Below the pieces are notes generated by a model, which was not told the DNA's origin, ran no database searches, and worked only from the letters and a program-made list of their open reading frames with translations. From Dehalococcoidia bacterium (GTDB lineage Bacteria; Chloroflexota; Dehalococcoidia; UBA6926), in the NCBI GenBank assembly GCA_965214725.1, contig OZ243973.1, positions 1,468,079 to 1,532,078 of the forward strand: a stretch of DNA of 64,000 nucleotides, given 5' to 3'. Positions 15,001 to 27,457 of the stretch are shown here, piece after piece. Position 1 is the stretch's first letter. Every line of letters starts with the position of its first letter. A program made the position numbers and the translations under genes.

Positions 15001-18000
15001 GCATCGTCGAGGATAGTGAGACCTTCGCGGTCACAATCGCCTCGCCCAGCAACGCCACCCTAGGCGCACCGACGACGGGCATCGGCACCATCACGGACGA
15101 TGACACCGCGCCCACGACGGCATCGCTGTCGGTCAGCCCCACCTCGGTCGCTGAGGGCGCCGGTGCAACGACAGTCACTGTCACGGCCACACTGACGGGC
15201 AGCGTCACCTTTGATGCAGACACGACAGTCAGGGTAACGGTCGGCAAGGACGGTGACACGGCCACCTCAGACAGGGATTACACAGGAGTGGCTGCTTTTG
15301 ACTTGACCATCACGGCGGGCCGATCGAGTGGGCAGCAGACGTTCTCGCTAGCGCCAACACAGGACACCATCGATGAACCTAATGAGTCCTTGACCGTCCA
15401 CGCCACAGCGACCGGCCTCACCATATCTGACGCGACAGTGAGTATCACGGATGACGATGCGGCGCCGACGGTCACCATCGCGGACGCATCGGTCGCGGAG
15501 GGTGACAAGGCGGAATTCACGGTCACACTGTCGGCGGCCTCAGGCCGGGACGTGACGGTCCAATGGACGACCGGCGACGATGCCACCGATGGCGCGAATC
15601 AGGCGACGGCTGATACCGATTACACGGCCCAAACCACCGCCACAACTCTGACCATCGACGCTGGTGACACGACCGGCACGATAGAGGTGCAGACCACAGA
15701 AGACACCCTCGTTGAGGGTAGTGAGACCTTCGCGGTCACAATCGCCTCCCCCAGCAACGCCACGCTCGGCTCACCGACGACAGCCACCGGCACCATCACG
15801 GATGATGACAGCGCGGCAACGACGGCGTCGCTGTCGGTCAGTCCCACGTCGGTCGCTGAGGGCGCGGGCGCAACCACCATCACTGTCACGGCCACGCTCG
15901 CCGGCTCCACAACGTTCAACGCCGATACGACAGTCAGGGTGACGGTGGGCAAGGACGGCGATACCGCCATCCCAGATACGGATTACACCGGTGTCTCCGC
16001 CTTCGATCTGACCATCACGGCGGGCCAGTTGAGCGGGCAGCAGACGTTTTCGCTCGCACCGATTCAGGACACCCTCGACGAGCCCAATGAGTCCTTGACC
16101 GTCCACGCGACCGCAACGGGCCTCTCCATCTCTGATGCAAGCGTCACCATCACGGACGACGATGCCACGCCGACGGTTACCATCGGCAACGCATCAGTCG
16201 CGGAAGGTGACAAGGCGGAGTTCACGGTCACGCTCTCGGCGGCCTCAGGCCGGGACGTGACGGTTGAGTGGACAACGGGCGACGATGGCGCTGAGGGCGC
16301 GACTCAGGCGACGGCTGATACCGATTACACGGCCCAAACCACCGCCACAACTCTGACCATCGACGCTGGTGACACGACCGGCGCGATAGAGGTGCAGACC
16401 ACAGAAGACACCCTCGCCGAGGGTGCCGAGACCTTCGCGGTCACAATCGCCGAGCCCACCAACGCCACGCTCGGCGCAACGACGACCGCCATCGGCACCA
16501 TCACGGACGATGACACCGCACCGACGACGGCGTCCCTGTCCGTCAGCCCCACGTCGGTGGCCGAGGGCGCGGGTGCAACGACAGTCACTGTCACGGCCAC
16601 ACTGACGGGCAGCGTCACCTTTGATGCTGACACGACGGTCACGGTCAAGGTAGGCAAGGACGGGGACGCGGCCAAGTCGGGCGAGGACTACACCGCGGTC
16701 AGCGACGTCACGATCACCATCACAGCGGGAGAGTCGAGCGGGCAGCAGACGTTCTCACTAACGCCATTTGATGACACCCTCGACGAGCCCAACGAGTCGC
16801 TCACCGTCCACGCGACGGCAACGGCCCTCACGATATCTGACGCTAGTGTCACCATCACGGATGACGATGCTGCGCCGACTGTCACCATCGCGGACGCATC
16901 AGTCGTGGAAGGTGGCAAGGCAGAGTTCACCGTGACGCTGTCGGCGGCCTCAGGCCGGGACGTCGCGGTTGAGTGGACGACAGGCGACGATGGGTCGCAG
17001 GGCGCCAACCAGGCCACGGCGGATACCGACTACACAGCGGTGACAACCGCCGCGACGCTCACCATTGCCGCGGGTGACTCCACCGGCACGATAGAGGTGC
17101 AGACCACAGAAGACACCATCGTTGAGGGTAGTGAGACCTTCGCGGTCACAATCGCCTCGCCTACCAACGCCACGCCCGGCTCAACGACGACAGCCATCGG
17201 CACCATCACGGATGATGACACCGCGCCCGCGACGGCGTCCCTGTCCGTCAGTCCCACGTCGGTGGCTGAGGGCGCGGGCGCGACAACAGTGACGGTGACG
17301 GCCACGCTTGACGGCTCCACAACGTTCAATGCCGACACGACGGTCAGAGTAACCGTGGGCAAGGACGGCGACACCGCCATCTCAGACACGGATTACACAG
17401 GCGTCTCCGCCTTCGACATCACTATCTCGGCGGGGCAGTTGAGCGGTCAGCAGACCTTCTCACTAACGCCATTTGATGACACCCTTGACGAGCCCAATGA
17501 ATCGCTCACGGTCCACGCGACGGCGACGGACCTCACCATATCTGACGCGACAGTGAGCATCACGGATGACGATGCGGCGCCGACGGTTACCATCGCCAAC
17601 GCATCAGTCGCGGAGGGTGACAAGGCAGAATTCACGGTCACGCTGTCGGCGGCCTCTGGCCGGGATGTGACAGTCCAGTGGACGACCGGCGACGATGCCA
17701 CCGATGGCGCGACTCAGGCGACGGCCGATACCGACTACACCGCCCACACCACCGCCGCGACGCTCACCATTGTCGCTGGTGACACCACAGGCGCCATCGA
17801 GGTGCAGACAACCGAGGACACCCTCGTTGAGGGTAGTGAGACCTTCGCGGTCACAATCGCCTCGCCCACCAACGCCACCCTCGGCGCAACGACGACAGCC
17901 ATCGGCACCATCACGGATGATGACACCGCGCCCAAGACGGCGACGCTGTCAGTCAACCCCACGTCGGTCGCCGAAGGCGCTGGCGCAACCACCATCACCG

Positions 18001-21000
18001 TCACGGCCACGCTCGCCGGCTCCACAAGGTTCAATACCGACACGACGGTCAGGGTAACGGTCGGCAAGGACGGCGACACCGCCATCTCAGACACGGATTA
18101 CACGGCAGTCTCCGCCTTCGATCTGACCATCTCGGCGGGCCAGTTGAGCGGGCAGCAGACGTTCTCGCTCGCACCGATTCAAGACACCCTCGACGAGCCC
18201 AATGAATCGATCACCATCCACGCGACGGCAACAGGCCTCGCGATATCTGATGCAAGCGTCACCATCACCGACGATGATGCCGCGCCGACTGTCACCATCG
18301 CGGACGCATCAGTCGCGGAAGGTGACAAGGCAGAGTTCACGGTCACGCTGTCGGCGGCCTCGGGCCGGAACATAACAGTCCGATGGACAACGGGTGACGA
18401 TGCCACCGATGGCGCGAATCAGGCGACGGCCGATACCGATTACACGGCCCAAACCACCGCCGCGAAGCTCACCATTGCCGCTGGATCCGCCACCGGCACC
18501 ATCGAGGTGCAGACCACAGAAGACAGCATCGTCGAGGGTAGTGAGACCTTCGCGGTCACAATCGCCTCGCCCAGCAACGCCACCCTAGGCGCACCGACGA
18601 CGGGCATCGGCACCATCACGGATGATGACAGCGCGCCCACGACGGCGTCCCTGTCCGTCAGTCCCACGTCGGTCGCCGAGGGCGCCGGCGCAACCACCAT
18701 CACCGTCACGGCCACCTTGGCGGGCAACGTCACCTTTGATGCTGACACGACGGTCAGGGTAACGGTGGGCAAGGACGGCGATACCGCAGTCTCAGACACG
18801 GATTACACGGGAGTCTCCGCCTTCGATCTGACCATCACGGCGGGCCGGTCGAGTGGTCAGCAGACGTTCTCGCTCGCGCCGATTCAGGACACCCTCGATG
18901 AGCCTAATGAGTCCTTGACCGTCCACGCGACGGCAACGGACCTTACCATCTCTGATGCGACAGTGAGCATCACGGATGATGATGACGCGCCGACGGTGAC
19001 CATCGGCAACGCATCAGTCGCGGAAGGTGACAAGGCAGAGTTTACCGTGACGCTGTCGGCGGCCTCAGGCCGGGACGTGACGGTCCAGTGGACGACCGGC
19101 GACGACGGTTCGCAGGGCGCAAACCAGGCGACGACCGATACCGACTACACGGCACAGACCACTGCCATAACCCTCACCATCGACGCTGGTGACACGACCG
19201 GCGCCATCGAAGTGCAGACAACCGAGGACACCCTCGTTGAGGGTAGTGAGACCTTCGCGGTCACAATCGCCTCGCCTACCAACGCCACGCTCGGCTCACC
19301 GACGACAGCCACCGGCACCATCACGGATGATGACACCGCGCCCAAGACGGCGACGCTGACCGTCAACCCGAGCAGCGTAGGTGAAGAGGACGGCGCGACA
19401 ACAGTCACGGTGACCGCCACGCTTGACGGCTCCACCACGTTCAATGCGGACACGACGGTCAGGGTAACGGTGGGCAAGGACGGCGACGCCGCCATCTCAG
19501 CCACGGATTACACAGGCGTCTCTGCCTTCGATCTGACCATCTCGGCGGGCCAGCTGAGTGGGGAAAAGACGTTCACCCTCACGCCAACGAATGACACCCG
19601 CGACGAGCCCAATGAATCGCTCACGGTCCACGCCACGGCAACGGGCCTCACCATCTCTGATGCAAGCGTCACCATCACGGATGACGATGCCCCGCCGACG
19701 GTTACCATCGGCAACGCATCAGTCGCGGAAGGTGGCAAGGCAGAGTTCACCGTGACGCTGTCGGCGGCCTCTGGCCGGGACGTGACAGTTGAGTGGACAA
19801 CAGGCGACGATGCCACCGATGGCGCGAATCAGGCGACGGCGGATACCGATTACACGGCCCAAGCCACCGCCACAACTCTGACCATCGACGCTGGTGACAC
19901 GACCGGCGCCATCGAGGTGCAGACGACCGAGGACACCCTTGTTGAGGGTAGTGAGACCTTCGCGGTCACAATCGCCTCACCCAGCAACGCCACGCTCGGC
20001 TCACCGACTACTGCCACAGGCACCATCACGGATGATGACACTGCCGCAACGACGGCATCGCTGTCGGTCAGTCCCACGTCGGTCGCTGAGGGCGCGGGCG
20101 CGACAACAGTGACGGTGACCGCCACACTCGCCGGCTCCACGACGTTCAATGCGGACACGACGGTCAGAGTAACCGTGGGCAAGGACGGCGATACCGCGGT
20201 CTCAGACACGGATTACACGGGAGTCTCCGCCTTCGATCTGACCATCTCGGCAGGCCAGTTGAGCGGACAGAAGACGCTCTCGCTCGCACCGATTCAAGAC
20301 ACCCTCGACGAGCCCAACGAGTCGCTCACGGTCCACGCGACGGCAACAGGCCTCGCCATATCTGACGCTAGTGTCACCATCACGGACGACGATGCTGCGC
20401 CGACGGTCACCATCGCGGACGCATCAGTCGCGGAGGGTGACAAGGCGGAATTCACGGTCACGCTGTCGGCGGCCTCTGGCCGGGACGTGACGGTTGAGTG
20501 GACGACCGGCGACGATGGTTCGCAGGGCGCCAACCAAGCGACCGCAGACACTGACTACACAGCGGTGACAACGGCCACAACTCTGACCATCGACGCTGGT
20601 GACACGACCGGCGCCATCGAGGTACAGACGATCGAGGACACCATCTACGAGGGTGACGAGACGTTCGCGGTCACAATCGCGTCCCCCACCAACGCGACGC
20701 TCGGCTCACCGACGACTGCCACTGGCACCATCACGGACGATGAGACCGCGGCTGCGGCGGCATCCCTGTCCGTCAGCCCCACATCAGTGGCTGAGGGCGC
20801 GGGCGCAACCACCGTCACGGTTACGGCCACGCTAGCCGGCTCCACAACGTTCAATACCGCCACGGCGGTCACCGTCAAGATCGGGAAGTCGGGTGATACG
20901 GCCGAATCGGGGACGGACTACACCCAAGTCAGCGACGTTACGATCACTATCTCGGCAGGCCAGTCGAGCGGACAGAATACCTTCTCGCTCGCACCAATTC

Positions 21001-22150
21001 AGGACACCCTCGACGAGCCTAACGAGTCGCTCACTGTCCACGCGACGGCAACGGACCTCAACATCTCTGACGCAAGCGTCACCATCACGGATGACGACGC
21101 GTCGCCGACTGTCACCATTGCGAACGCATCAGTCGCGGAAGGTGACAAGGCGGAGTTCACGGTCGCACTGTCGGCGGCTTCTGGCCGGGACGTGACGGTT
21201 GAGTGGACAACGGGCGACGATGGCGCTGAGGGCGCGACTCAGGCGACGGCTGATACCGATTACACGGCCCAAACCACCGCCACAACTCTGACCATCGCCG
21301 CTGGTGACACCACCGGCACCATTGAGGTACAGACAACCGAGGACACCCTTGTCGAGGGTAGTGAGACCTTCACGGTGACAATCGCCTCGCCCACCAACGC
21401 CACGCTCGGCGCGACGACGGCAACCGGCACCATCACGGATGATGACAGCGCAGCAACGACGGCATCGCTGTCCGTCAGCCCGACGTCGGTGGCCGAAGGC
21501 GCGAGCGCGACTACAGTCACGGTGACCGCCACGCTCGCCGGCTCCACAACGTTCAATACCGACACGACGGTCAGGGTAACGGTGGGCAAGGACGGCGACG
21601 CGGCCGTCTCAGACACGGATTACACAGGAGTCTCCGCCTTCGACATCACCATAGCCGCAGGCCAGTTGAACGGACAGAATACCTTCTCGCTCACGCCGCT
21701 CAATGACACCCTCGATGAGGACGATGAGTCGCTCACTGTCCATGCGACGGCGACGGGCCTCACCATATCTGACGCGACAGTGAGCATCACGGATGACGAT
21801 CCCACGCCGACGGCGTCCGTTGCCGACGCCACATCCGTGATCGAGGGAGATAGCGCCCAGGACGTCACAGATATGACCTTCATGGTGACCCTGAGCGCTG
21901 TGAGCAGCAAGAGCATCACCATCTCCTATGTACTTGGCGGGACGGCAACGGCGGGCAGCGACTACACAGCTCCGGATCCGCTCTCCGTCACCATTCCTGC
22001 CGGAGAGCAACAGCAAAGCATCATCATTCCAGTCCTCGGTGACACAATCGTTGAAGGAGACGAAACGGTTACCGTGACGCTGAATACCCCCACCACGCGG
22101 GTGCGGACTCGGCAGACCCCGGCATCCACGCAGGCATCCGGGACGATTGA
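1..22150 (+). repeat. Coding tandem repeat array. Units alternate between two Calx-beta subtypes with a period of about 705-710 nt per pair. There are sporadic insertions of two other subtypes. Some multi-hundred-nucleotide blocks are near-identical.
   Basis: The motif SLSVSP(S/T)...TITDDD recurs in frame at about 2300, 3010, 3720, 4430, 5870, 6570, 7270, 7990, 8690, then about every 705 nt from 10870 to 21460. The block around 3230-3815 is near-identical to 6790-7375. The blocks around 5100-5500 and 9370-9770 are near-identical to each other. Confidence 0.85.
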
Positions 22151-24776
22151 GGACGACGACAGGCGGCAACCGCAGGGTAGTATATCGTCGTCACTGGTGC
22201 TGAGCCCTGCCACCATCTCCGAGGGCGGTGGAGACAGAGGCGCAAGTTACATCACGGCACGATTGGACAAGGCTGTAAGCACTGACGTCACATTCACCGT
22301 CTTTACCACTCCGTTGACCGACACAACCACCGCGGACTACAGAGTCAGCACAAATCAGGTTCTGACCATCGAGGCAGGAGACCTTGAGAGCAAGGACTTC
22401 GTCACCATCAGCGCCGTCGACAACAGTCAGGTTGACGGGGACAAGACAGTGCAGGTCTCGGCGACCGTGACAGGGAGCACGGAGGTCCGGGTCCCCGATC
22501 CTGAAGATCTGAGCATCGTCGATGATGACTTGACGGGAACGCCGGACGCGACTGTCGCTTTCGAGCATTTGACCTACAGTCTCGACGAGGACGGCAAGTT
22601 GAATATCTCGGTTGACTTGAGCGTTGCGCTTCAATCAGCGGCAGAGGTGCACTACCTCCTGCACGCGTCCAACTCCGTTGTCGGCAGGGATGGCGACATC
22701 ATCACCCGGTCTGACGGCCCAGATGGATGGGTCAGCACCGGAGAGCTCATCTTTGCGGCCGGAGACACCCAGCGGATAATCAGCGTCCTCCCAGTCGACA
22801 ACAATGTCGTGGAACCGGACGAAGAGATCTCCATATCGCTTCTCGTCGTGAGTGGGCAGGTGGAGGCAGGCTCTCCAACCACGGTGACGCTCACAGATGA
22901 TGATCGGAGCGTTCTCTACGTAGAGCCGTCGTTCGATGAAGTGGAAGAAGGTGAGCAAAGCGGGTTCCGCCTGCGCATGAACAAGCCCCATCAAGAGGAC
23001 GTGACCGTTGACCTCATCGTGAGTGGAACCGCTGAGGAGGGTGACGATTTCGACGCCCTACCTGCGACACTGACCTTCCCGGCAGGCGAGAGAACTATCG
23101 GTGTCACGGTCACGACCTTTGAGGACGGGATTGCAGAAGGCATGGAGACCCTCATCGTCGATCTCAGCAACGTCGTTGGCCACCACGTTGCCATCGACCA
23201 ATCATCCGGTCAGTTCAACCTCCGGATGAGCGATACGCGCGACGTCAGCCCACCCACTAACGTGAGGCTCAGCGTTAGCCCCTCACGCGTGGTGGAGGAC
23301 GCCGGCGCGACAACGCTCACAGTGACGGCCGACTTTGTGGGTAATGGAACCTTCACGACGAATACGTCTGTGGTCGTTACCGTCGGCGCGACGGGCGACA
23401 CGGCAGTTGCAGGCACCGATTACGCAAATGTTGGCACGGTTACCGTTCCCATCACGGCGCAGCAGAGCAGCGGTCAGGCGACGTTCACACTAACGCTGAC
23501 GGATGATGCTGACGTGGAGGGACTGGAAACGATTACCCTGCATGGCACAGCAAGCGGCCTCACCGTCTCGGATACGACGTTGACCATCGTGGACGATGAC
23601 TCACCCACACCACCGCCGCCACCAACGGTGACACCAACGCCGACGCCAACGGTGACACCAACGCCCACGCCGACGCCGACACCAACGGCAACTCCGACAC
23701 CGACGCCCACCGCTGTGTCACTCAGCGTTAGCCCGGCGCGCGTGCCGGAGGACGCTGGCGCCACGACAATCACGGTCACGGCAGACTTCGTCGGCTCAGG
23801 AACCTTCAACACGGATACGTCTGTAACCGTGACAATCGGGCAGGGGAGTGATGCGGCGGTCTCAGGGACCGACTACACGTCTGACGGCACGGTCACCGTG
23901 ACATTCTCGGCGGGGCAGAGCAGCGGCCAGGCCTCGTTCACGCTCACGCCAACGGACGATGTCGAAGTGGAAGGATCGGAGTCGCTCACGCTGCACGGCT
24001 CGGCAAGCGGCCTAACCGTTTCTGACACGACGGTGACCATCACCGATGACGATAAACGGATTGTCGTTGCCAGCTTGGCGCTCGCGAGCTTTGGACGTTC
24101 CTCATACAAGCTGAATGAAGACGATTCACCGGTTGAGATTACCGTGGAGCTGAGCAGCGAGCAGACCGCAGATGTGGAGATCACATACTCGATGTCTTCA
24201 GCGACGGCGGACATTGGACGCAAGGGTGATGCGTGGTCGATAGGTGGTGAAGATGGGGATTGGCGCGATGATCAGCGTCTCATCTTTGCTCCGGGTGAGA
24301 CAGAGAAGATCATCAAGGTTTACCCGGTGGACAACAATGTGGTTGAGCCGGACGAGATGGTGACCATCTCGCTGAGCGTGGCCGATGGAAATGCAACCGC
24401 AGGGCGGTCCACAGAGCTCACCCTCCTCGACGACGATCTCACAACAGTCATGCTGGAGCCTGTCGCGTCGCAGGCCAACGAGGGCGAGAGAACGGAAATC
24501 GAGCTGATGCTTAGCAAGCCACACCAGGATGAGGTCACGATGGACTGCTCCGTGCGCGGCACAGCCACATCCGGCGACGACTACGCGTACCTACCCCACA
24601 CTGTGGTGATCCCCGCCGGCAGCACCTCCGTTACCATCCCCGTGGATCTGCTGAGCGACGAGATTGCGGAAGGACCCGAGACCCTCGTCTTCATCATTTC
24701 TAACCCGGACGGCCGCGGGGTCGACATCTCCAGCGACCACTCTGAGCACACGATCACGATTGTTGATGGGGAGTGA
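1..24776 (+). CDS. Giant Calx-beta repeat protein. It is 5'-partial: the reading frame is open from window position 3, so the true start lies upstream of the window. At least 8,258 aa are encoded here. It ends in a TGA at 24774-24776.
   Basis: Frame 3 is open from nt 3 and reads [19 protein letters not shown]... before the first Met at 141. The protein consists of about 70 tandem domains of roughly 110 aa. Each carries the Calx-beta hallmarks: ...[32 protein letters not shown]...DYTA...[32 protein letters not shown]...TGTITDDD. Two subtypes alternate. A Pro-Thr linker and divergent Calx-beta-like modules follow near the C-terminus. Confidence 0.9.
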   Translation, partial: EGDETFAVTLASPTNATLGSTTTGIGTITDDDEAPTTASLSVSPSNVGEEDGATTVTVTATLAGSVTFDADTTVTVKVGKDGDAAESDTDYTGVSAFDITITAGHLSGQQTFTLTPTNDTLDEPNESITIHATATGLSISDASVTITDDDAAPTVTIANTSVAEGDKAEFTVTLSAASGRDVTVQWTTGDDGAENANQATADTDYTAVTTPQTLTIKKGSATGTFEVQTTQDTIAEGDETFAVTLGSPTNATLSTVEGATEATGTITDDDTAPKTATLTVSPSSVGEGAGATKVTVTVTLDDTTHTVPDTSKDPPATKDVDKATTFNEDTTVTVKIGKSDDTAKSGEDYTGVSDVAITILAGQLSGQGTFSLAPIQDTRDEPNESLTVHATATDLTISDATVSITDDDDAPTVTIGNASVAEGDKAEFTVTLSAASGRDVTVEWTTGDDTSDGANQATADTDYTAQTTVTTLTIATGDTTGTIEVQTTEDTLAEGAETFAVTIAEPTNATLGTPKTATGTITDDDTAPKTASLSVSPSNVGEEDGATTVTVTATLAGSVTFDADKTVRVTVGKDGDTAVSDTDYTGVSAFDITITAGRSSGQQTFSLAPIQDTRDEPNESITIHATATGLAISDASVTITDDDAAPTVTIANASVAEGGKAEFTVTLSAASGRDVTVQWTTGDDGSQDANQATANEDYTAQTTAAKLTIAAGSATGTIEVQTTEDTLVEGSETFAVTIASPSNATLGATTTGIGTITDDDEAPTTATLTVSPSSVGEEDSATTVTVTATLAGSVTFDADTTVTVKIGKDGDAAESGEDYTGVNDLTITISAGELSGQQTFSLAPIQDTLDEPNESLTIHATATGLTISDASVTITDDDALPELTIANASVTEGGKAQFTVTLTPVSGRDVTVQWTTGDDGAENANQATADTDYTAQTTAAPLTIKAGTRAATIQVQTTEDTIHEGDETFTVTLASPENATLGTPKTATGTITDDDTAPQTATLSVSPSSVTENAGATTVTVTATLTGSVTFDADTAVRVTVGKDGDTAISDTDYTGVSAFDLTISAGQLSGQQTFSLAPIQDTRDEPNESITIHATATALTISDATVTITDDDAAPTVSVSNATAVTEGDDPNATTDMTFTVTLSAASSREITVDYTLGGTATADKDYTDPATKTIAIAVGEETGEIVIPVVGDVVDEPNETVTVTIASATNATPSSVEGETEATGTITDDDDTPKTATLSVSPSSVGEEDSATTVTVTATLAGSVTFAADTTVRVTVGKDGDTAKSGEDYSQVSNVTITISAGESSGQKTFTLTPTDDEHDENDESLTVHATATDLTISDAEVTITDDDAAPTVSIADASVAEGDKAEFTVTLSAASGRDVTVQWTTGDDATANANQATADTDYTAQTTAATVTIAAGSVTGTIEVQTTEDTIAEGDETFAVTLASPESATLGATTTGIGTITDDDTAPTTASLSVRPTSVAEGASATTVTVTATLAGSTTFAADTTVTVKVGKDGDTAESGTDYSQVSNVTITITAGRSSGQQTFSLAPIQDTLDEPNESLTVHATATDLTISDASVTITDDDAEPTVSIANATAVKEGNDPNAATNMTFDVTLSAASGRDITVNYTLGGTATAGSDYKEPAPKTVSIAAGATSGSIIIPVIGDVVDEPNETVIVTLSNPSNTTLGSPSTATGTITDDDEPPTTGTIEIELEHQVDPEADLVVAENVETAPTFTFVMELDGTTFSADKTVTVKVGKSDDPAISGTDYTAIEDFTITLTAGKSSASGTFTLDPIDDTLDEIDETLTVYAEIDGVEMASSTVTITDDDEPPTVSVSDAAAVTEGDDPSAATNMTFKVALSTESGRDISVDYTLGGTATADADYTDPATKTITIAAGADSANIVIPVLGDVVDEPNETVTVTLTSATNVTLSKTAGATEATGTITDDDTAPQTATLSVSPTSVAENAGATTVTVTATLAGSVTFDADTTVTVKVGKDGDTAESGEDYTGVNDVTITISAGESSGEKTFSLAPIQDTLDEPNESLTVHATATGLTISDATVSITDDDAEPTVTIGDASVTEGGKAEFTVTLSAASGRDVTVQWTTGDDGSQGANQATANTDYTAVTTATTLTIDAGDTTGAIEVQTTEDTLVEGSETFAVTIAAPTNATLGSTTTATGTITDDDTAPTTASLSVSPTAVAEGAGATTVTVTATLTGSVTFDADTTVTVKVGKDGDAAKSGEDYTGVNDVTITISAGESSGQQTFSLAPIQDTRDEPNESITIHATATALTISDATVTITDDDAAPTVSVSNATAVTEGDDPNATTDMTFTVTLSAASSREITVDYTLGGTATADKDYTDPATKTIAIAVGEETGEIVIPVVGDVVDEPNETVTVTIASATNATPSSVEGETEATGTITDDDDTPKTATLSVSPSSVGEEDSATTVTVTATLAGSVTFDADTTVTVKVGKDGDAAESGKDYSQVSNVTITITAGRSSGQQTFSLAPIQDTLDEPSESLTVHATAAGLAISDASVTITDDDAAPTVAIGDVSVTEGGKAEFTVTLSAASGRNVTVEWTTGDDGAEGATQATADTDYTAMTSAATLTIAAGSATGTIQVQTTEDTLVEGSETFAVTIASPTNATLGSPTTAIGTITDDDTAPETASLSVSPTSVAEGAGATTVTVTATLDGTTTFNADTTVKVTVGEDGDTAVSDTDYTGVSAFDITITAGQLSGKNTFSLTPTNDTRDEPNESLTVHATATGLTISDASVTITDDDAAPTVTIADASVAEGDKAEFTVTLSAASGRDVTVRWTTGDDATDGANQATADTDYTAVTAAQTLTIAAGSATGSIEVQTTDDTIVEVSETFAVTIAAPTNATLGATTTGIGTITDDDTAPTTASLSVSPSNVGEEDGATNITVTATLAGSVTFATDTTVTVKVGKDGDTAESGKDYTQVSDVTITITAGQLSGQQTFSLAPIQDNIDEPNESLTVHATAANLTISDASVTITDDDPTPTVSIANATAVKEGNDSSAATNMTFNVTLSAASGREISVDYTLGGTATAGSDYKEPAPKTVTIAAGATSSSIVIPVIGDVVDEPNETVTVTLSNPSNTTLGSPLTATGTITDDDEAPTTGTIEIELEHQVDPEADLVVAENVETAPTFTFVMELDGTTFSADKTVTVKVSKSDDPAISGTDYTAIEDFTITLKAGKSSASGTFTLDPIDDTLDEIDETLTVYAEIDGVEMASSTVTITDDDEPPTVSVSDATAVAEGDDPNATTDMIFKVALSTESGRDITVGYTLGGTATADADYTDPVTKTITIAAGADSGNIVIPVLGDLVDEPNETVTVTLTSATNATLSKTASATEATGTITDDDDTPTAATLTVDPVSVGEGAGATKVTVTVTLDDTTHTVPDTSKDPPATKDVDKATTFNEDTTVTVTVGKDGDTAESDEDYDGVSDVSITIAAGESSGEGEFTLTPTNDTLDEPNESITIHATATGLAISDASVTITDDDAPPTVTIANASVAEGDKAEFTVTLSAASGRDVTVEWTTGDDATDGANQATADTDYTAQTTATTLTIDAGGTTGAIEVQTTEDTLVEGSETFTVTIAAPTNATLGATTTTTGTITDDDTAPETASLSVSPTSVAEGAGATTVTVTATLAGSVTFDADTTVRVTVGKGGDTAVSDTDYTGVSAFDITITAGQLSGQQAFSLAPIQDTLDEPNESLTVHAMAADLTISDASVTITDDDAAPTVTIANASVAEGDKAEFTVTLSAASGRDVTVEWTTGDDATDGANQATADTDYTAQTTATTLTIDAGDTTGAIEVQTTEDSIVEGAETFTVTITAPSNATLGATTTATGTITDDDEAPTTASLSVSPTSVAEGAGATTVTVTATLSGSTTFNTAKTVTVKIGKSGDTAESGTDYTQVSDVTITISAGQLSGQQTFSLTPFDDTLDEPIESITIHATATGLAISDASVTITDDDAAPTVTIANASVAEGDKAEFTVTLSAASGRNVTVEWTTGDDGTDGAKQATANTDYTAQTTATTLTIDAGDTTGTIEVQTTEDTIVEGAETFAVTIASPTNATLGATTTATGTITDDDTAPTTASLSVSPTSVAEGAGATTVTVTATLTGSVTFDADTAVRVTVGKDGDTAVSDTDYTAVSAFDITITAGQLSGQQTFSLTPTNDTRDEPNESLTVHATATGLAISDASVTITDDDAAPTVTIANSSVAEGDKAEFTVTLSAASGRDVTVQWTTGDDGAEGATQATADTDYTAQTTATTLTIDAGDTTGAIEVQTTEDTIVEGAETFAVTIASPTNATLGATTTATGTITDDDTAATTASLSVSPTSVAEGAGATTITVTATLAGSTTFNADTTVRVTVGKDGDAAVSDTDYTGVSAFDLTISAGQLSGEKTFTLTPTNDTRDEPNESLTVHATATGLTISDASVTITDDDAVPTVTIADASAAEGEKAEFTVTLSAASGRDVTVEWTTGDDGSQGASQATADTDYTAVTTATTLTIDAGDTTGAIEVQTTEDTLVEGSETFAVTIAAPSNATLGSPTTATGTITDDDSAATTASLSVSPTSVAEGAGATTITVTATLAGSTTFNADTTVRVTVGKDGDTAVSDTDYTGVSAFDLTITAGRSSGQQTFSLAPTQDTLDEPNESLTVHATATGLTISDASVTITDDDAAPTVTIADASVAEGDKAEFTVTLSAASGRDVTVQWTTGDDATDGANQATADTDYTAQTTATTLTIDAGSSTGTIEVQTTEDTLVEGSETFAVTIASPTNATLGATTTATGTITDDDTPPTTASLSVSPTSVAEGASATTVTVTATLTGSTTFNADTTVRVTVGKDGDTAVSDTDYTGVSAFDLTITAGRSSGQQTFSLAPIQDTLDEDDEKLTVHATAAGLAISDASVTITDDDAAPTVTIANVSVAEGDKAEFTVTLSAASGRDVAVQWTTGDDATDGANQATANTDYTAVTTAATLTIAAGDTTGAIEVQTTEDSIVEDSETFAVTIASPSNATLGAPTTGIGTITDDDTAPTTASLSVSPTSVAEGAGATTVTVTATLTGSVTFDADTTVRVTVGKDGDTATSDRDYTGVAAFDLTITAGRSSGQQTFSLAPTQDTIDEPNESLTVHATATGLTISDATVSITDDDAAPTVTIADASVAEGDKAEFTVTLSAASGRDVTVQWTTGDDATDGANQATADTDYTAQTTATTLTIDAGDTTGTIEVQTTEDTLVEGSETFAVTIASPSNATLGSPTTATGTITDDDSAATTASLSVSPTSVAEGAGATTITVTATLAGSTTFNADTTVRVTVGKDGDTAIPDTDYTGVSAFDLTITAGQLSGQQTFSLAPIQDTLDEPNESLTVHATATGLSISDASVTITDDDATPTVTIGNASVAEGDKAEFTVTLSAASGRDVTVEWTTGDDGAEGATQATADTDYTAQTTATTLTIDAGDTTGAIEVQTTEDTLAEGAETFAVTIAEPTNATLGATTTAIGTITDDDTAPTTASLSVSPTSVAEGAGATTVTVTATLTGSVTFDADTTVTVKVGKDGDAAKSGEDYTAVSDVTITITAGESSGQQTFSLTPFDDTLDEPNESLTVHATATALTISDASVTITDDDAAPTVTIADASVVEGGKAEFTVTLSAASGRDVAVEWTTGDDGSQGANQATADTDYTAVTTAATLTIAAGDSTGTIEVQTTEDTIVEGSETFAVTIASPTNATPGSTTTAIGTITDDDTAPATASLSVSPTSVAEGAGATTVTVTATLDGSTTFNADTTVRVTVGKDGDTAISDTDYTGVSAFDITISAGQLSGQQTFSLTPFDDTLDEPNESLTVHATATDLTISDATVSITDDDAAPTVTIANASVAEGDKAEFTVTLSAASGRDVTVQWTTGDDATDGATQATADTDYTAHTTAATLTIVAGDTTGAIEVQTTEDTLVEGSETFAVTIASPTNATLGATTTAIGTITDDDTAPKTATLSVNPTSVAEGAGATTITVTATLAGSTRFNTDTTVRVTVGKDGDTAISDTDYTAVSAFDLTISAGQLSGQQTFSLAPIQDTLDEPNESITIHATATGLAISDASVTITDDDAAPTVTIADASVAEGDKAEFTVTLSAASGRNITVRWTTGDDATDGANQATADTDYTAQTTAAKLTIAAGSATGTIEVQTTEDSIVEGSETFAVTIASPSNATLGAPTTGIGTITDDDSAPTTASLSVSPTSVAEGAGATTITVTATLAGNVTFDADTTVRVTVGKDGDTAVSDTDYTGVSAFDLTITAGRSSGQQTFSLAPIQDTLDEPNESLTVHATATDLTISDATVSITDDDDAPTVTIGNASVAEGDKAEFTVTLSAASGRDVTVQWTTGDDGSQGANQATTDTDYTAQTTAITLTIDAGDTTGAIEVQTTEDTLVEGSETFAVTIASPTNATLGSPTTATGTITDDDTAPKTATLTVNPSSVGEEDGATTVTVTATLDGSTTFNADTTVRVTVGKDGDAAISATDYTGVSAFDLTISAGQLSGEKTFTLTPTNDTRDEPNESLTVHATATGLTISDASVTITDDDAPPTVTIGNASVAEGGKAEFTVTLSAASGRDVTVEWTTGDDATDGANQATADTDYTAQATATTLTIDAGDTTGAIEVQTTEDTLVEGSETFAVTIASPSNATLGSPTTATGTITDDDTAATTASLSVSPTSVAEGAGATTVTVTATLAGSTTFNADTTVRVTVGKDGDTAVSDTDYTGVSAFDLTISAGQLSGQKTLSLAPIQDTLDEPNESLTVHATATGLAISDASVTITDDDAAPTVTIADASVAEGDKAEFTVTLSAASGRDVTVEWTTGDDGSQGANQATADTDYTAVTTATTLTIDAGDTTGAIEVQTIEDTIYEGDETFAVTIASPTNATLGSPTTATGTITDDETAAAAASLSVSPTSVAEGAGATTVTVTATLAGSTTFNTATAVTVKIGKSGDTAESGTDYTQVSDVTITISAGQSSGQNTFSLAPIQDTLDEPNESLTVHATATDLNISDASVTITDDDASPTVTIANASVAEGDKAEFTVALSAASGRDVTVEWTTGDDGAEGATQATADTDYTAQTTATTLTIAAGDTTGTIEVQTTEDTLVEGSETFTVTIASPTNATLGATTATGTITDDDSAATTASLSVSPTSVAEGASATTVTVTATLAGSTTFNTDTTVRVTVGKDGDAAVSDTDYTGVSAFDITIAAGQLNGQNTFSLTPLNDTLDEDDESLTVHATATGLTISDATVSITDDDPTPTASVADATSVIEGDSAQDVTDMTFMVTLSAVSSKSITISYVLGGTATAGSDYTAPDPLSVTIPAGEQQQSIIIPVLGDTIVEGDETVTVTLNTPTTRVRTRQTPASTQASGTIEDDDRRQPQGSISSSLVLSPATISEGGGDRGASYITARLDKAVSTDVTFTVFTTPLTDTTTADYRVSTNQVLTIEAGDLESKDFVTISAVDNSQVDGDKTVQVSATVTGSTEVRVPDPEDLSIVDDDLTGTPDATVAFEHLTYSLDEDGKLNISVDLSVALQSAAEVHYLLHASNSVVGRDGDIITRSDGPDGWVSTGELIFAAGDTQRIISVLPVDNNVVEPDEEISISLLVVSGQVEAGSPTTVTLTDDDRSVLYVEPSFDEVEEGEQSGFRLRMNKPHQEDVTVDLIVSGTAEEGDDFDALPATLTFPAGERTIGVTVTTFEDGIAEGMETLIVDLSNVVGHHVAIDQSSGQFNLRMSDTRDVSPPTNVRLSVSPSRVVEDAGATTLTVTADFVGNGTFTTNTSVVVTVGATGDTAVAGTDYANVGTVTVPITAQQSSGQATFTLTLTDDADVEGLETITLHGTASGLTVSDTTLTIVDDDSPTPPPPPTVTPTPTPTVTPTPTPTPTPTATPTPTPTAVSLSVSPARVPEDAGATTITVTADFVGSGTFNTDTSVTVTIGQGSDAAVSGTDYTSDGTVTVTFSAGQSSGQASFTLTPTDDVEVEGSESLTLHGSASGLTVSDTTVTITDDDKRIVVASLALASFGRSSYKLNEDDSPVEITVELSSEQTADVEITYSMSSATADIGRKGDAWSIGGEDGDWRDDQRLIFAPGETEKIIKVYPVDNNVVEPDEMVTISLSVADGNATAGRSTELTLLDDDLTTVMLEPVASQANEGERTEIELMLSKPHQDEVTMDCSVRGTATSGDDYAYLPHTVVIPAGSTSVTIPVDLLSDEIAEGPETLVFIISNPDGRGVDISSDHSEHTITIVDGE

Positions 24777-24981
24777 TCGGTTAGTGGCAGGGCGAGGCGC
24801 AGATGTCGGCGCTGATAGCCTTCCTGCCCCCATGAGCGCTCAATTGAGACTGGGCGGCGAGCAGATAACGTAACTCCATGTGCTACATTAAGGGACGTCG
24901 GGCTGCACTCGAGTAGATAGGAAAATAGGTGGTGAGACCATCTCCGGGAGGGGACGTACCCGATAAGGACGTATCGCCCTT

Positions 24982-27453
24982 ATGAATGTGCTCTTTAAGG
25001 TTCTGAACCGTCTCGTCACCGCCCGGCCATACGCTACGCTCGCCTTTCTGTTGCTCATGACGGTTGTGCTGGTGTACGGAGTGACGCTGCGCGCGCCGCT
25101 CACAGAGGGTGTTGCAAGCACCGCCTTCCTCCCCGTTGGCCACCCGCTGGCTGAGGCGGAGGACACAATCAGTGAGAACTTCGGGGGCTCCGGAGAGACG
25201 AGTGTCTCCACCATCATCTTTCGCGGAGAGACGCTGACACCAATCTCTTTGACGGAGATGGACTCGCTCCTCACAGAAATGCTTGAGGACCCGGTTGTCC
25301 GCCCCGTTCTCGCCAAGGACATTCCCGTCATCTCCGCGCCCTACCTGGTTGGCTTTGCGACCGGGACACAGGAGTTCAGCTCACTGACGCAGGCAGAGAT
25401 TGATGCCGCCTTTGACGCGCCGCAGATTGGCGAGGGACTGGACGCAATCACGGGACAGGACACAGATAGCAGCCCAGTCACGGTCACCAATCTCACCCTC
25501 ATTGAGACGGCTGATGGCAGGACGGGAGACGCGGCGCGGCGCATCCATGAGATTGCTTTGGCGCATGAGGGGACTCTAACCGTCAGCACTGTCTCACCGA
25601 TTGTCTCAGAGGATGAATACACGGAGGCGGCACAGGAGGGCATGGCGCCTCTTATCATGCTTGCCCTGCTGCTGATAACCGGGCTGCTGCTGCTATTCAC
25701 GCGGTCCGTGGCGGACATGCTGCTCACCCTGGCCGGCCTGGTTCTGGCGATTATGTGGACACTCGGGGCTGAAGGATGGCTTGGACCGAAAGGGCTGGGG
25801 TTCATCGGCCCGCCAAATGCGCTCACAACGCTCGTCCCTGTCATCATCATCAGCTTGACGGTCGACTACGCCATCCAAACGATCTCCCATTACCGAGAGG
25901 AACGCCGGGAAGGCTTTACCGTGCGTGATGCCACGCGTATCGGGTTGGGGAAAGTCGCCGTCCCGCTGACGCTGGCCGCTGTGACAACGATTGTGAGCCT
26001 GTTTGCGGCGCGCTTTTCGCCGATTACTGTTGTTGCGGATTTCGGCATCGTCGCCGGTGTTGGTGTTGCCCTTGCCCTCTTCGTGATGCTCACACTGCTT
26101 CCTGCCGGACGCGCAATCATCGATGGCCGTCGAGAGCGCCGAGGCAGCCTGTCTGAACCGCGCCCCATCTCCGGCGCGCTGCCCGGCGTCGCCCAGCTTG
26201 CTGAACTCCTTGGGCGAGAAGTCACACGACGTCCTATCCCGTACATCCTCGGCGTTCTCGCGGTAACGGCCCTGCTCGGATACGCGGCAGCCCAGCTGGA
26301 ATCACGCTTTGATTTCCGAGATTCTCTCCCGCAGAACGGCACAGCGGTCCGCAACCTGGAAACGCTTGATTCAGCCGTCGGCGGATCGACCGAGGTCGCG
26401 AGCATCATCATTGTGGCGGAGGCAACAGAAACGCGCACCCTCCTGAACGTACATGAATTGACAGAGACGTTCGCGGACCCGGTGGCGCGGCCGGACACCA
26501 TCGCCAGCCCCGTTCAGAACTCCTATGAGGTTCTGTTGCATGATTGGGCAGTCGACAGCGGTCTGCCGGGCGACAATTATGATGCCGAGATTGAGGCTAT
26601 CTATGAGGAAGCGCAGCGAGGGTTGCAGCTTGATCCAATCTTGATGCAGCGGATTCTGGATCGACTCGATGAGCTCGATCCCGCAATGGCACGCGTTCTT
26701 GTGAACAATCCTGACGGCATCGATACGATGCTGCTCCAGTTCCAGGCCTACAACGATGATTCGTCTCGTTCACAGCGCCTCCAGGGAGACATCGAAGCCA
26801 ACTGGTATGGGGAGGATGATCAGGTGACGGTCACGTCCCTGGGTGTCATCGCCTCAGCAGTGTCAGATGAGATAACCGCCGGCCAGACCCAGTCGCTCGG
26901 CACGACGGTGGCGGCGGCCTTGATTGTGCTTTCACTCTTCTTCTGGGCAACACTGCGGCAACCGGTGCTCGCCTTCATCGCCGTCATCCCAATTGTGCTT
27001 GTTCTCATCGCCGTCTTCGGCACGATGTCACTCATCGGGATACCGTACACGATGATTACGTCCATCATTTCCGCGCTCTCAATCGGTATCGGCGTGGATT
27101 ACACCATTCACATTATCCACCGCTACCGTGATGAGTACGCGGGCCTTCGTAATCCTGAACAGGCGGCAATCAAGACACTGTCAACCACGGGTTCTGCCCT
27201 GCTTGGCTCCGCGCTGACAACCGCCCTCGGCTTTGGCGTCCTGATCTTTTCACCGCTTCTTGGATCACAACACTTTGGCATCACCGCCACCATCACCATC
27301 GTCTATTCGCTGATTGCCGCAGTCCTCTTGGTGCTCCCGGCGATGGTCGTGTGGGGCGCCTATCAGAACGTGCGCCTCCGCTCAGCAGCGCTCATCTGGG
27401 CGCAGGAATTGGATCTGGAGATCGACGCAACGCTTCGCCGATCTCAACAGTGA
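24982..27453 (+). CDS. MMPL/RND-superfamily membrane transporter (putative lipid exporter).
   Basis: 823 aa. Two hydrophobic 6-TM bundles (around LLLITGLLLLFTRSVADMLLTLAGLVLAIMWTLG and IAVIPIVLVLIAVFGTMSLIGIPYTMITSIISALSIGIGVDYTIH) are separated by large soluble domains. This is the typical MMPL/RND architecture. Confidence 0.7.
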   Translation: MNVLFKVLNRLVTARPYATLAFLLLMTVVLVYGVTLRAPLTEGVASTAFLPVGHPLAEAEDTISENFGGSGETSVSTIIFRGETLTPISLTEMDSLLTEMLEDPVVRPVLAKDIPVISAPYLVGFATGTQEFSSLTQAEIDAAFDAPQIGEGLDAITGQDTDSSPVTVTNLTLIETADGRTGDAARRIHEIALAHEGTLTVSTVSPIVSEDEYTEAAQEGMAPLIMLALLLITGLLLLFTRSVADMLLTLAGLVLAIMWTLGAEGWLGPKGLGFIGPPNALTTLVPVIIISLTVDYAIQTISHYREERREGFTVRDATRIGLGKVAVPLTLAAVTTIVSLFAARFSPITVVADFGIVAGVGVALALFVMLTLLPAGRAIIDGRRERRGSLSEPRPISGALPGVAQLAELLGREVTRRPIPYILGVLAVTALLGYAAAQLESRFDFRDSLPQNGTAVRNLETLDSAVGGSTEVASIIIVAEATETRTLLNVHELTETFADPVARPDTIASPVQNSYEVLLHDWAVDSGLPGDNYDAEIEAIYEEAQRGLQLDPILMQRILDRLDELDPAMARVLVNNPDGIDTMLLQFQAYNDDSSRSQRLQGDIEANWYGEDDQVTVTSLGVIASAVSDEITAGQTQSLGTTVAAALIVLSLFFWATLRQPVLAFIAVIPIVLVLIAVFGTMSLIGIPYTMITSIISALSIGIGVDYTIHIIHRYRDEYAGLRNPEQAAIKTLSTTGSALLGSALTTALGFGVLIFSPLLGSQHFGITATITIVYSLIAAVLLVLPAMVVWGAYQNVRLRSAALIWAQELDLEIDATLRRSQQ

Positions 27454-27457
27454 CCAT

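Noticed and set aside
1-22150. A regular repeat array that might superficially suggest CRISPR or satellite DNA.
   Set aside because: The period is about 705 nt with no short repeat/spacer structure. The whole array is one continuous protein-coding frame with conserved domain motifs.
23596-23710. A Pro-Thr codon microsatellite-like stretch (acg-ccg-aca... repeats).
   Set aside because: It is in frame within the giant protein and encodes a PT linker. It is not a non-coding repeat. A similar stretch is the PT linker in the 1,294-aa protein (about 36820-36950).
186-24833. Dozens of 60-216-aa ORFs on the minus strand and in alternative plus frames inside the giant gene. Examples: 3231..3881 (-), 8349..8966 (-), 11964..12581 (-), and identical pairs such as 3215..3460/6776..7021.
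   Set aside because: They are by-products of GC-rich, highly repetitive coding sequence. Their periodic recurrence only echoes the Calx-beta repeat period. Their translations are low-complexity (Ser/Val/Thr/Arg/Pro-rich) with no independent signal.
27314-27457. The upstream extension of the lipoprotein ORF (the ORF-track start at 27314).
   Set aside because: It overlaps the 3' end of the MMPL gene in another frame. The Met at 27458 is followed immediately by a signal peptide and a lipobox, which is the natural start.
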